Origin: an uncultured delta proteobacterium
Lineage (GTDB): Bacteria > Myxococcota > UBA727 > VGSZ01
Reading direction: 5' to 3'
NCBI GenBank assembly: GCA_963775425.1
Contig: CAVZJB010000012.1
Coordinates: forward strand, 380,430 to 444,429
DNA length: 64,000 bases
Shown: piece after piece, positions 20,929 through 30,535 of the stretch
Position numbering within the stretch: the stretch's first letter is position 1
Layout of the letters: every line of letters begins with the position of its first letter
Translations under genes and position numbers: made by a program
The notes under the pieces: generated by a model
Told to the model about the DNA's origin: nothing
The model's database searches: none
The model's input: only the letters and a program-made list of their open reading frames with translations

Positions 20929-22797
20929 TTACGGCACGGTGCAACTGCCGTCGACGCGGCAGGCGCCGCCGCTGCGGCAGTCGGAGTCGGCGCTGCAGCG
21001 CTCGAGGACGGGGCCGAACGAATCGCCCACCGCGACGGCGTCGGCGGGGCGGACGGCGAGCTCGATGCGGTCGCCGCGGCCGCAGTTGCAGGCGGCGCAG
21101 GCGGTGCCGTTCGGGACGCCGACGTCGTCGATGGCGACGACGCCGATGCCGCGCTGCTCGAGCGCGAACGCGAGGATGCGGTTGAGCTCGTCGACGCCGC
21201 CGTTGGTGGCGGTGTTGGCGCCGTCCCAGGGGTTGTCGCAGGCGTGCGGCAAGAGCGTGAACACCACCGTGGACGAGCAGAACGGCTGGGGCGCGGTGAG
21301 GTCGACGGCGCCGCAGTCGTCGCGCAGCGTGCAGGCGTCGTTGATGGCGCTGGGCGCGGCGGCGTCGGTTGCGGCGGCGCACTCGGTGCACGTGGAGACC
21401 GCCGGCTGCCCGTCGAGGAACAGCGCGTTTCCGTTCAGCCCCGTGATGTGGAAGGTGCCGAGCGCGTAGCAAGTCTGCCCGTTGCAGGTGGCGTAGATGT
21501 CCTGGTTGGTCTCGGGGTCGCTGCACACCTCGCAGCCGCCGGTGCTCGGGGCGTTCGGATCGGTGCCGCCCGAGGCCGCGCAGACCGGGGGCGGCGCGGG
21601 GCCGGCGTCGCCGTCGCAGCGGAAGTAGACCTCGGCGCCGGTCTGCAGATCGCTGCAGGACACGCAGGTGGAGGAGGGCTGGTTCGGGTCGCCGCCGACG
21701 GTGCCGGACACGTTCTCGCAGACGAGGTTGGTGTCCACGACGCAGCGGGTCTCGGCGCCGCCGCCGGCGACGGGGCAGGTGCGGCAGAGCTGCCCGTTGG
21801 GCCCGGTCTCGAAGGCGCACGGCGGCGGCGACGCGCAGGTGCCGTCGGCGGCGGGCTCGCAGGTGTTGGCGTCGCAGCGCACCGCCGCGGGCTGGTCGAA
21901 CTGGTCGACGCACACGATGCAGGTCTGGTCGGTGTAGTCGAGGCGCGCGCACTGCTGCAGCTCCGGCACCTGCGTGTCGCAGAAGTGCTCGAGCTGCGCG
22001 CCGTTCTGGTCGACGCACGCGGTGCAGCGCACGCCGTCGGCGGTGACGCTCTCGCTGCAGGTGACGAGCTCGTCGGACGTGAGGGAGCACGAGTGCGAGA
22101 GCAGTTGGTCGTTGTCGTCGTAGCAGTCGACGCAGCGGCCGGCGTCGTTTTGGTAGACCTCGCACGAACGCGGCTCGAGGTCGGGCTGCCCGCAGTCGTG
22201 GATGACGACGGCGCCGTCGCGCGTGCACTCGCGGCACGTGAGCCCCTGGTCCTGCACCTCGTGGCACTCGTCATGCGCCGGCTCGCACACCGTGTCGACG
22301 ACGGCGCCGCGCGCGTCGGTGCAGGTCTGGCATTGCACGTCGCCTTGCGCGAGGCCCGTCGTCGGATCGGCCGGGGTGGGCTCGCAGTTGGCGGCGTCGA
22401 CGGCGGCGGCGGTGCAGGAGTCGTAGAGGATCGCGCCCGTCGGCGTGGCGCAGAAGCGGCACGGCGCGCCCTCGGCGTTCTCGCGCGACTCGCAGCGGGC
22501 GACGTCCGGCGCGCCGCAGATGTCGACGTCGCTGCAGGTGGCGCAGACGCTGCCGTCGGCGCTCTCGGCGATGGTGGAGACCTCGCAGCCCGCAGTCGTG
22601 AACGCCGTGTCGCCGCTGGCCGGCACCGGCCCCGCGTCGCCGCCGGCGAGGGGCGCGGCGCAGGTGCCGTCGAGCACGCAGCACGCGGACGCCGCCGCCG
22701 CGAGGCCGGCGAGCAGGACGCACAGCGCCGCGCGCGTCGCCGCCCTCGACGTGGGGGCCGGCGAGCCTGGGGTCTGCAGTGCGAGAGCGCGGCCCAT
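20929..22797 (-). CDS. Cys-repeat lipoprotein with about 12 CxxC motifs
   Basis: ASAC lipobox-like; repeating C..CxxCxDxxG...C units; no CxxCH. Confidence 0.8.
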   Translation of the reverse strand: MGRALALQTPGSPAPTSRAATRAALCVLLAGLAAAASACCVLDGTCAAPLAGGDAGPVPASGDTAFTTAGCEVSTIAESADGSVCATCSDVDICGAPDVARCESRENAEGAPCRFCATPTGAILYDSCTAAAVDAANCEPTPADPTTGLAQGDVQCQTCTDARGAVVDTVCEPAHDECHEVQDQGLTCRECTRDGAVVIHDCGQPDLEPRSCEVYQNDAGRCVDCYDDNDQLLSHSCSLTSDELVTCSESVTADGVRCTACVDQNGAQLEHFCDTQVPELQQCARLDYTDQTCIVCVDQFDQPAAVRCDANTCEPAADGTCASPPPCAFETGPNGQLCRTCPVAGGGAETRCVVDTNLVCENVSGTVGGDPNQPSSTCVSCSDLQTGAEVYFRCDGDAGPAPPPVCAASGGTDPNAPSTGGCEVCSDPETNQDIYATCNGQTCYALGTFHITGLNGNALFLDGQPAVSTCTECAAATDAAAPSAINDACTLRDDCGAVDLTAPQPFCSSTVVFTLLPHACDNPWDGANTATNGGVDELNRILAFALEQRGIGVVAIDDVGVPNGTACAACNCGRGDRIELAVRPADAVAVGDSFGPVLERCSADSDCRSGGACRVDGSCTVP

Positions 22798-23220
22798 GGC
22801 CTTCGTTTTAGCACCGCGCATGCCAGCGGTCCCGAGAAGCGCCGCGGCGTCCCGATGCCGCGTCGCCGGGGACCTGCGACGTCGAGGCAGCAGCGCCCTG
22901 CGATCTCCAGGGCGCCGTCGTCGTCGTCGAGGTGCGCCGGTGTGGCGCCGGGGACGACCCGGGCCCACCGGGCGGGATGCCCCGCCGGCGCGACGCAGAC
23001 ACGCGCCCGCCGCCGGCGCGCGGCCGGCGCATCGGCGACCCGAGGGAGCACCCGAGGGCGCTCCGGTGTCGTCGTCGACGCGCATGGCGCCTTCGTCAGC
23101 GATCTTCATCGGCCTGACAACCGAGACTCTTTCTTCAAGCCGGCCTTGCGATCTGGAATTCCTCGGCTAGGGTCACACGCGATCCCGGGCAGGCCGCCCG
23201 GCCCACTCGACGAGGAACGC

Positions 23221-24114
23221 ATGCTTCGCCACCTGCTTGTGATTTGCATTGGACTCGCTGCCGGGGCCTCCTACGCCCAGGACAACTGTGACCCCGCCAC
23301 CTTCGAAAACACCTGCGCCGGCACGACGATCACGTTCTGCTCGACCACCGACGACCAGGGCAACACCCTGGCCCAGCCGGTGACGTCTACGGCCGACTGC
23401 ACGTTCCCCGACGCCGCCAACGGCAACACGCCCACGGTGCCGAACGGTGTCTGCGGGCCGCTGAACTGCAGCGGTGACGGCTGCGACGCCATCGCGGGCA
23501 ACACCTGCGTGTCCGGCGCCACGGACCCCTGCCTCGGCATCTCCCCCCTGCTCGACCAGGACACCACCAACGACAACTTCGCCTTCGCCGCGCTCTGCGT
23601 GGCCGGTCAGAGCTGCGTCACCGGCGCCCAGGGTGACACCTGTGAGACCGAGGTCGGCGCCGCTTGCACCCAGTCGGGCCAGGTCGGCTGCGACGGCAAC
23701 CGCGTCTTCGTTTGCATCGGCGGCACCGACGATGCGCAGGCCGCCTTCGTGATCCCCGAGGCCGTCGCGCTCGACTGCGGCGCCTTCCAGGGCACCTGCG
23801 TCGAGGGCGCCACCGCCGGCATCATCCACGACACCTTCCAGGGTGGAACCCAGGCGTTCGCCGACTGCGACCTCCCCGGCGAGGGTGAGGGCGAAGGCGA
23901 GGGCGAGGGCGAGGGCGAGGGCGGCACCGAGTGCCAGCAGGACGCCGATTGCGGCCGCGACAAGGTCTGCAACAACGGCACCTGCGAGGCCGCGGACGAC
24001 ACGTCGTCCAACCCGCCGGTCTGCGGCGCCGCGTCCAGCACCGCGCCCGCGCTCGCCGGCTTCGCGCTGCTCCTCGGCCTCGTGCCGGTGATCCGCCGCC
24101 GCCGCCGCAACTGA
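23221..24114 (+). CDS. Secreted Cys-rich protein with (GE)n linker and MYXO-CTERM-like tail
   Basis: Signal peptide ending ASYA; C-terminal CGAASST-hydrophobic-RRRRR. Confidence 0.85.
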   Translation: MLRHLLVICIGLAAGASYAQDNCDPATFENTCAGTTITFCSTTDDQGNTLAQPVTSTADCTFPDAANGNTPTVPNGVCGPLNCSGDGCDAIAGNTCVSGATDPCLGISPLLDQDTTNDNFAFAALCVAGQSCVTGAQGDTCETEVGAACTQSGQVGCDGNRVFVCIGGTDDAQAAFVIPEAVALDCGAFQGTCVEGATAGIIHDTFQGGTQAFADCDLPGEGEGEGEGEGEGEGGTECQQDADCGRDKVCNNGTCEAADDTSSNPPVCGAASSTAPALAGFALLLGLVPVIRRRRRN

Positions 24115-24153
24115 CAGCCGCGCGCGCCGCAGTTGATCGGCGCACTGCACAAT

Positions 24154-24188
24154 GACAAAGGGGACCCATGCGGGTCCCCTTTGTCTTT
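24154..24188 (+). terminator. Perfect 14-bp hairpin followed by TTT
   Basis: GACAAAGGGGACCC-ATGC-GGGTCCCCTTTGTC; 40 nt after the upstream stop. Confidence 0.7.
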
Positions 24189-24794
24189 CCCTCGAGCCGC
24201 GCCGCCGCCCTTTGGCCCGTCCTCGCGTGCGCGCTCGCGGCGGGGACCGCGCGGGCCGGCACCTTCGACGCGGGCGTCTCCGACGCGGGAGAGGTCGACG
24301 CCGGCGACGTCGATGCCGGCGACGTCGATGCCGGCGACGTCGATGGCGGCGACGTCGATGGCGGGGCCGGCGCGTGCGCGCCGTCCTGTGACGGTCAGAC
24401 GCTCTCCTTCTGCGACGACGACGCGGGCGTCGCCTCCATCGACTGCACCACCGTGCCCGGAGCCTCGCGCTGCGGCCTGCTGAGCGACGCGTGGGGCAAC
24501 GACTGTCTGCTCGGCGAAGGCGCCGCGTGCGATCCCGGGTACGGCTTCGGCGACTCCCGCTGTGACCGCGACGCCAGCCTCTTTTGCGTCGACGGCACCT
24601 GCGCCGTCGGTACCGCGCCGCCCGCCCCCGTGGTGCAGACGCCCACGCCCGGCACCGCCACCATCACCACCACCTCCACCTCCTCGGGCGACATCTTCTC
24701 GTGCCTGGGTTGCGGCGGCACCGGGACGTCGGGGGCGTTGCTGCTCGGCGGCCTCCTGCTCGCGCTCAGGCGCGTGCCCCGTCGACGCGGGTGA
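24168..24794 (+). CDS. Secreted Cys-rich protein with DVDAG repeats and MYXO-CTERM-like tail
   Basis: Signal-like N-terminus; 15-bp repeats ~24304-24363; C-terminal GCGGTG-LLLGGLLLAL-RRVPRRR. Confidence 0.78.
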   Translation: MRVPFVFPSSRAAALWPVLACALAAGTARAGTFDAGVSDAGEVDAGDVDAGDVDAGDVDGGDVDGGAGACAPSCDGQTLSFCDDDAGVASIDCTTVPGASRCGLLSDAWGNDCLLGEGAACDPGYGFGDSRCDRDASLFCVDGTCAVGTAPPAPVVQTPTPGTATITTTSTSSGDIFSCLGCGGTGTSGALLLGGLLLALRRVPRRRG

Positions 24795-24797
24795 GCC

Positions 24798-25556
24798 GTG
24801 CCCGGAGATCCGCGCGCGCTGCCTGATCCGCCGCCGCCCCCCACCAAGGTCGACGCCGCCAAGGTCGACGACGCACCGGTCGACGCGCAGACCGAGCCGC
24901 TGAAGAGCGAAGAGCTCGACGCCATCCCCGCGGGCGTCGCTCGCGGGCTCGCCGGCTCGTTCCGCGCCGCGATCGTGGGCGTGCTGCGAACCGTCGCCGC
25001 GCAGCGCAACATGAAGATCCACGTCATCGCCGCGCTCATGGTGGTCATCGTCGGCATGGCGCTGCCCCTCGGCCTGGCGCCGCGGGTGGCGCTGTTGTTC
25101 GCGGTGGGGATCGTGTTCTTCGCCGAGATCCTGAACACGTCGCTGGAGGCGTTCGTCGACCTCCACATCCGCGACTACCACCGGCTCGCCATGATGGCCA
25201 AGGACGCGGCCGCCGCGGGCGTCTTCGTCCTCGCCATCACCACCGTGATCGTCCTCGGGGAGATCCTGTGGACGCAGTGGGACCTCGTCACCGGCAACGT
25301 CGAGGCCGTGCAGCGCTCCGTGGCCTTCGGCGTCCCGCTCGTCTTCGTCGAAGCCGCCGGCTTGTTCCTCGTGCGCCGGGGCGCGCTCGCCGTCGTGCGC
25401 GTCCTCGTCTCGGCTGCGCTGCTCACGCCGCTCGTGATGCACACGCGCGATCCCATCTACGCCGCGCTCGCCGTCGTCCTCATCGTCACCGCCGCCTGGG
25501 CGCGCTGGTCGTTCCCGCGCTTAACCGGCCGCGGCGCGCCGCGGCGCCACGCGTGA
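24798..25556 (+). CDS. Prokaryotic diacylglycerol/undecaprenol kinase family, with extra TM helices
   Basis: SFRAAIVG...QRNMKIH, EILNTSLEAFVDL, AKDAAAAGV. Confidence 0.88.
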   Translation: MPGDPRALPDPPPPPTKVDAAKVDDAPVDAQTEPLKSEELDAIPAGVARGLAGSFRAAIVGVLRTVAAQRNMKIHVIAALMVVIVGMALPLGLAPRVALLFAVGIVFFAEILNTSLEAFVDLHIRDYHRLAMMAKDAAAAGVFVLAITTVIVLGEILWTQWDLVTGNVEAVQRSVAFGVPLVFVEAAGLFLVRRGALAVVRVLVSAALLTPLVMHTRDPIYAALAVVLIVTAAWARWSFPRLTGRGAPRRHA

Positions 25557-26560
25557 GCGACGTCGACGACGGCGGGGTCGGCCGGCGCTGCGCCGTCACC
25601 CTCGACGTCGACGGGGTGCGGCACTACCACGCCATCCACGGCCTGCCGCCGCCGAGCGCGGGCGCTGACCCGGTGATCGAGCGCGGCGTGCGCCGCTTCC
25701 TCGAGCTGTGCGATCGCCTGGGCGCGCCCTCGACGCTCTTCGTCGTCGGCGAGGACCTCGAGGACCCCGCGTTCGCGTCGACGGTGCGGCAGGCGGCGCG
25801 GGCGGGGCACGAGATCGCGAGCCACAGCCACACGCACCGCTACGACCTGTCGCGCCGCGCGCCGGCGGAGATCGAGAGCGACCTCGCGCGCTCCGTCGAC
25901 GCCGTCGCCGCCGCCGCGGGCGCGCGGCCGCGCGGCTTTCGCGCTCCGGGCTACAACCTCAGCGAGCCGCTGCTCGACGCCCTCGAGAAGCTCGGCTTCG
26001 AATACGACTCGAGCCTGATGCCCTCGCCCGCGTATTGGGCGGCGCGCGCCGGCGTCCTCGGCGCGTACGGCGCGGCGGCGGCGCTGCGACGCGCGGCGGC
26101 CCCCGGCGAGCCCGGACGGGGGCGCGGCTCGTCGTCGATCCCGGGCACGTTCCGGGAGTTCCTCGCGCCGCGCGCGCCCTTTCGCCCGCGTTGCGGCAAG
26201 CGCTGGGCGCGGGCGCGCTCGCGCGTGGAGGGCCGCGACCTCGTCGAGCTCCCGATCACCACGGGCGCGCTGCGGACGCCGTGGCTCGGCACCACGCTCG
26301 CGATGCTGCCGGAGCCGGCGGGCATCGCGCACACGGCGGCCGCGCTCGCGTCGCTGCCGGCGGGCGCGCCCTGCGTCCTCGAGCTTCACGCGGTGGACTT
26401 CATCGACGACGGCGACGGCGTCTCCTACGCGCTCGCGCGCGCGCAACGCGACCTGCGCGTCTCGGCGCGAAAGAAGATCGCGCGCCTCGAGGTGGTGATG
26501 CGCATGCTCGCCCGCTCCGGTGAGCTCGTCACCGCGTCGGCCCTCAGCGCCGCCGTTTGA
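25553..26560 (+). CDS. Polysaccharide deacetylase family protein
   Basis: VTLDVD, TLFVVG, GHEIASHSHTH, GFRAPGY, YDSS. Confidence 0.9.
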   Translation: MSDVDDGGVGRRCAVTLDVDGVRHYHAIHGLPPPSAGADPVIERGVRRFLELCDRLGAPSTLFVVGEDLEDPAFASTVRQAARAGHEIASHSHTHRYDLSRRAPAEIESDLARSVDAVAAAAGARPRGFRAPGYNLSEPLLDALEKLGFEYDSSLMPSPAYWAARAGVLGAYGAAAALRRAAAPGEPGRGRGSSSIPGTFREFLAPRAPFRPRCGKRWARARSRVEGRDLVELPITTGALRTPWLGTTLAMLPEPAGIAHTAAALASLPAGAPCVLELHAVDFIDDGDGVSYALARAQRDLRVSARKKIARLEVVMRMLARSGELVTASALSAAV

Positions 26561-26763
26561 GCGGCGTGACGACATTCACTTCGGAACGCGTCGTCGCCGC
26601 ACGCGTCGACGCGGCACCCGCGCCCTCTCCGCGGGATTCGCGGATGAGCAAGGGCCCGGCGCGCTTCCCACCCATCGCGTTGCATGCCGCTCGGCTGAAG
26701 GCCCATCAAGTCGGAGCAAGGCTGGCATGAGCAGGCGGCCCCGTTTGACTGCGTGCTCGGTGA

Positions 26764-27435
26764 TCAAGGCAGGCTGAAGGCAGGATTCGGCACGATGTCC
26801 GCGAGGGACGCCAAGACGAGGTCGGCGCCCATCCCGCGGGCGAGCGCGAGGCGCGCCTCCCCGTAGGCGACCACGGCGGCGTGGGTGCCGGCGGCGCGGG
26901 CGGCGGCGACGTCGCGCGGCGTGTCGCCGATCATGAGCGCGCGGGCGGGGGCCACGCCGAGCGCGCTGCAGGCGCGGAGCACGACGTCGGGCGCGGGCTT
27001 GGGCTTCATGCCGGGGTCGGTGCCTTGCACGTGGCGGAAGAAGCGCGTGAGGCCCGCGCCCTCGAGCTGCGCGCGCGCGCGCGGGCTCGGCTTGGTGGTC
27101 GCCACCGACAGCGGCGTGCCCCGCGCGCGCAGCGCGGTGAGCCCGTCGACGACGCCGGGCAGCGGCGGCGGGAAGCGCTCGGGGTGCTCGTCGTGCCGCT
27201 CGATGTAGCGCGCGACGAAGTGGCGCATGCGCACGTCGTTCCCGTCGCCGACGAACAGCGCGTAGAGCTCCTCGAGCGGCGCGCCGAGGTGGTCGGCCAC
27301 GGAGAGCGCGCTCACGGCGACGTCGATGTCACGGAAGGCGTGCTCGGCGGCGTCGCAGATGGCGCGCTCGGAGTCGAGCAGCGTGCCGTCGAGGTCGAGG
27401 ACGACGGCGTCGACGTCGAACGGGCCGGCCTTCAC
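26764..27435 (-). CDS. HAD-family hydrolase (phosphoglycolate phosphatase-like)
   Basis: DLDGTLLDS, ATTK, KPAP, MIGDTPRD. Confidence 0.92.
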   Translation of the reverse strand: MKAGPFDVDAVVLDLDGTLLDSERAICDAAEHAFRDIDVAVSALSVADHLGAPLEELYALFVGDGNDVRMRHFVARYIERHDEHPERFPPPLPGVVDGLTALRARGTPLSVATTKPSPRARAQLEGAGLTRFFRHVQGTDPGMKPKPAPDVVLRACSALGVAPARALMIGDTPRDVAAARAAGTHAAVVAYGEARLALARGMGADLVLASLADIVPNPAFSLP

Positions 27436-29867
27436 CGCGGCCGGCGGCGCAGCGGCGACCGCGAGGAGCGGCCGCGCTTGATCGCGCGGAGGCCGAGGAG
27501 GCCGAGGACGAAGGCGAGCGCCGTCTGCGGCGCCGCGCTGCCGGTGTTGGTGCAGCCGCAGAAGCCGAGGACGATGCCGCGGCACTGGCCGCTCGGATCG
27601 ATGACGCGCACGTTGTCGACGCCGCCCTCGAGGTGCCCGTGGCCGTTGAAGATCCAGCGCGCGGTGACGTGGTCGGGGACGCGGCCGTCGAAGACGTCGC
27701 GGATCTTGATGCGGTTGAGGCCCCAGCCGTGGAGGCTCTCGGTCTCCTCGGCCGCCGACACGAACTTCTTGCCGTCCTCGGACAGCTCGACGAGCAGCGA
27801 GTCGTTGGGGGCGCCCTCGAACCAGAAGTCGTACGCCAGCTCCGGCGCCGCCGTCCCCGTCAGATCGATCTCCGGCGACCACAGCGAGGTGTCTCCGTCG
27901 AGCTCGCTGTCGACGCCGGTGACGTAGGCCCCCGCGGTGCCCGGGGTGTTGTCCTTCTCGGGCGTGCGCGGGGTCATGTCGCACGAGAGCGCGACGTCGC
28001 TCCTCACGAGGGCGCCCTGGGTGGCGCCGTCCTTGCCGTCGGCGTTGACCTTGAAGTCGTCGTCGCCGGCGAAGTTCTCGACGAAGATGTTCGAGTACCC
28101 GGGGAACAGCCGGTACTCCTCGCGCACCGTGGGCGCGTTGTCCGCCTGCAGGTCCGCGACCACGATGAGCGAGGAGCCGCACTCGTAGTCGCCGTCGACC
28201 GAGATCTTGACCGGCGCCTCGACGTCCTGTCCCGGCGCGATGTCGCCGACGTCGACGTCGGTGGTGTCGAGCTTGGCGTGCTTGGCGCCGCCGCCGTCGA
28301 GCTTCACCGCGATGTGCGCGTTCTTCACGGTGGCGCCCGGGGCGTCGCCCGCGGGCTCGCGCACCTTGGCCGCGCCCGACGCGAGCATGACGACGGTGGC
28401 GTCGGTGCCGCGCTCGAGGAAGTCCGCGTCACCCTGGGTCTTCACGGTGCCGCCGCCGAGCGACCCGATGGCCTGCTTGCAGTCGACGTTGGGGTCCGTG
28501 CAGAGCGTGAGCGCGTGGCCCGTGCGGTCCGACCACCACTTCTCCCAGGTGTCCGCCACCACCTCGAGGTTGGCGACGTCGTCGCTCGCCTGCGCCGCCG
28601 TCTGCCCGGGGCGCGTCACGAGCGCGATGGCCTGCTGGAAGCTGCGCTGCGTGTGGTCCGGGTCGGGGCAGCGGTTGCCCTCGGCGTCGACGATGTCCTG
28701 GATGGAGAGGTCGACCTCTTCGCCGGTGGCGCCGAGGTTGATGCCGTTGGCCTTCATGAGCGCCACGCTCGGGATGCCCGACGCGAGCACGTCGGCGGCG
28801 CCGACGGGGCGGCCGGTGAGGCCGAAGGCGAAGGTGCCGCTGTCCTTCTCGTCGTACTTGGCGCCGTCGATGAAGAAGAACGGGCGCGCGCTCGCGACGG
28901 GCAGCGCGCCCATCGCGTACAGATCGAGCGTGGAGTAGTTGTCCATCTCGTTGAGCAGCGGGTAGCGGTTGCCCGACTGCACCGGACCCCAATCCCAGCC
29001 GTCCATCACGCTCGCGTCGGTGTCCACCCACGCCGCCCAGTGCGACTGGTCGCGGCCGAGCAGCTTGGTGCTGACGTTGCCGGTGCGCGGGTCCACGAAG
29101 CGCAGGCCCGAGCCCCAGCGGTGCGCGATCTCCTGGCCGAGCGTGGAGTAGACGGCGGAGTCGAAGTCGTCGAAGGGGTGGACGGCGCCGTCGTAGAACG
29201 AGTCCCACTGCTGCCACGACGCCAGCGAGTTCATGAACACGATGCCCTGCAGCCGGTTGATGCCGGTGCCCTGGAGCTGGTCGAACTCGCAGCCGAAGGT
29301 CTGGCCCGCGTTGAAGTTGCAGGCGCCGAGGCCCTGGACGTCGTTTTTGAGCGGCAGGTAGAAGGCCGCGACGTTCTGGTCGGCGTCGGTGAACGTGGTG
29401 AAGATGGTGATGAAGTCGAAGTTGTCGCCGAGCTGCTGCAGCACCGTCTGCGCCACGCTGAACAAGCCGTTGTTGGTGTCGAACGTGAGGCCGGCGCTGG
29501 TGGTGGGGCAGATCTGCGCGTTGCCCTCGACGACGAGCACGCGGCCGTTGACGGTGGCGGCGTAGGGGTTGGCGGCCATGGGCACGGGGGCGCTGAGCGT
29601 CACCGCGGGGTTGCCGCGCACCTTCTCGAGCTCCTCGAACACCTCGTGCGGCAGGTGCGGGCGCGCCATCTTCTCGACGTAGCCGTCGTCGAAGCCGTGC
29701 GCGAGGAAGCCCGGCGCCGGATGGAGCACGCGCGGGTCATCGGGATCGCCGACGACGTACGGGTTGGGCGCGGGCCTCACGTGGGCGCCCTTGCCGAGGT
29801 TCTTGGGGCCGGCGAACGAGACCGCGGGCACGAGGACCAAAGCGGCGACGAGGGGAAGGCGCGTCAT
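27432..29867 (-). CDS. Large secreted zincin-like protein (QExxH variant) with MYXO-CTERM-like tail
   Basis: Signal peptide; LGQEIAHRW...SHW...SVMDG...YSTLDLYAMG; beta-sandwich C-half; GFCGC...FVLGLLGL-RAIKR. Confidence 0.8.
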   Translation of the reverse strand: MTRLPLVAALVLVPAVSFAGPKNLGKGAHVRPAPNPYVVGDPDDPRVLHPAPGFLAHGFDDGYVEKMARPHLPHEVFEELEKVRGNPAVTLSAPVPMAANPYAATVNGRVLVVEGNAQICPTTSAGLTFDTNNGLFSVAQTVLQQLGDNFDFITIFTTFTDADQNVAAFYLPLKNDVQGLGACNFNAGQTFGCEFDQLQGTGINRLQGIVFMNSLASWQQWDSFYDGAVHPFDDFDSAVYSTLGQEIAHRWGSGLRFVDPRTGNVSTKLLGRDQSHWAAWVDTDASVMDGWDWGPVQSGNRYPLLNEMDNYSTLDLYAMGALPVASARPFFFIDGAKYDEKDSGTFAFGLTGRPVGAADVLASGIPSVALMKANGINLGATGEEVDLSIQDIVDAEGNRCPDPDHTQRSFQQAIALVTRPGQTAAQASDDVANLEVVADTWEKWWSDRTGHALTLCTDPNVDCKQAIGSLGGGTVKTQGDADFLERGTDATVVMLASGAAKVREPAGDAPGATVKNAHIAVKLDGGGAKHAKLDTTDVDVGDIAPGQDVEAPVKISVDGDYECGSSLIVVADLQADNAPTVREEYRLFPGYSNIFVENFAGDDDFKVNADGKDGATQGALVRSDVALSCDMTPRTPEKDNTPGTAGAYVTGVDSELDGDTSLWSPEIDLTGTAAPELAYDFWFEGAPNDSLLVELSEDGKKFVSAAEETESLHGWGLNRIKIRDVFDGRVPDHVTARWIFNGHGHLEGGVDNVRVIDPSGQCRGIVLGFCGCTNTGSAAPQTALAFVLGLLGLRAIKRGRSSRSPLRRRPR

Positions 29868-30056
29868 CGATCCTCCGAAGCGTCCACCGCACCACGCCGA
29901 AATCGACCACACAATCCCCTCCTCTCCGGGCGAGCGCACACATCACGCGCGGCCGCGCCCTGCGCCCGGCGTCGTCGCCCGAGAGTGACGCGAGTCACAG
30001 GCCTGACGCGCGGCGTTGTCGCGGACTCAAGCGCGGCCGCTCCCTCCGGTCGCTGT

Positions 30057-30485
30057 TCAGGCAGCGGGCGTGCGCGCCAGGACCTCGCCGAGGCGCTCGC
30101 GCTCGGCGTCGTCGAGCAGCGGGGCGAGGAACGTCGCGAGCTCCCCGGTGTCCGTGAAGACGCGGCGCGCGGGGTGTTGGCTCTCGCTCGCCAGGCGCAT
30201 GAATTGGAGCACCGCCGTTGGCGACGTCGCAGACGTGAGCACCGCGCTGCGCTCGATGCGCGGGTTGTGCGTGGTGAACATCAGGTGCGCGCGCTCCGCC
30301 GCCGCCGGCGACATCAAGCGGCAGCCGCGCCAGTCGGCGACGATGACGACGTTCGTGGACGGCGGCAGGCTGCCGACGGCGGCGCCGATGGCCGCGATCA
30401 TGCCGTTGACGTCGTCCACGGTGCGGTAGCCGTCGTCGACGATGATCTCGAGCAGGCGTCCCACGCGGATGTTCGCGGAGTTCAT
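30057..30485 (-). CDS. STAS/SpoIIAA-like hypothetical protein
   Basis: VVIVADWRG...SAVL...RRVFTD pattern; GC3-biased frame. Confidence 0.65.
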   Translation of the reverse strand: MNSANIRVGRLLEIIVDDGYRTVDDVNGMIAAIGAAVGSLPPSTNVVIVADWRGCRLMSPAAAERAHLMFTTHNPRIERSAVLTSATSPTAVLQFMRLASESQHPARRVFTDTGELATFLAPLLDDAERERLGEVLARTPAA

Positions 30486-30535
30486 CGCCCCTACCATAGC
30501 GCCGCCGGCCCGGGCGTCGCGCGGCGGACGAGGGC

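Noticed and set aside
20929-22797. Multiheme cytochrome
   Set aside because: The CxxC motifs are not followed by His.
26561-26763. Possible ncRNA or IS remnant in the gap between convergent genes
   Set aside because: Only short GC palindromes; no terminal repeats or recognisable RNA motif.
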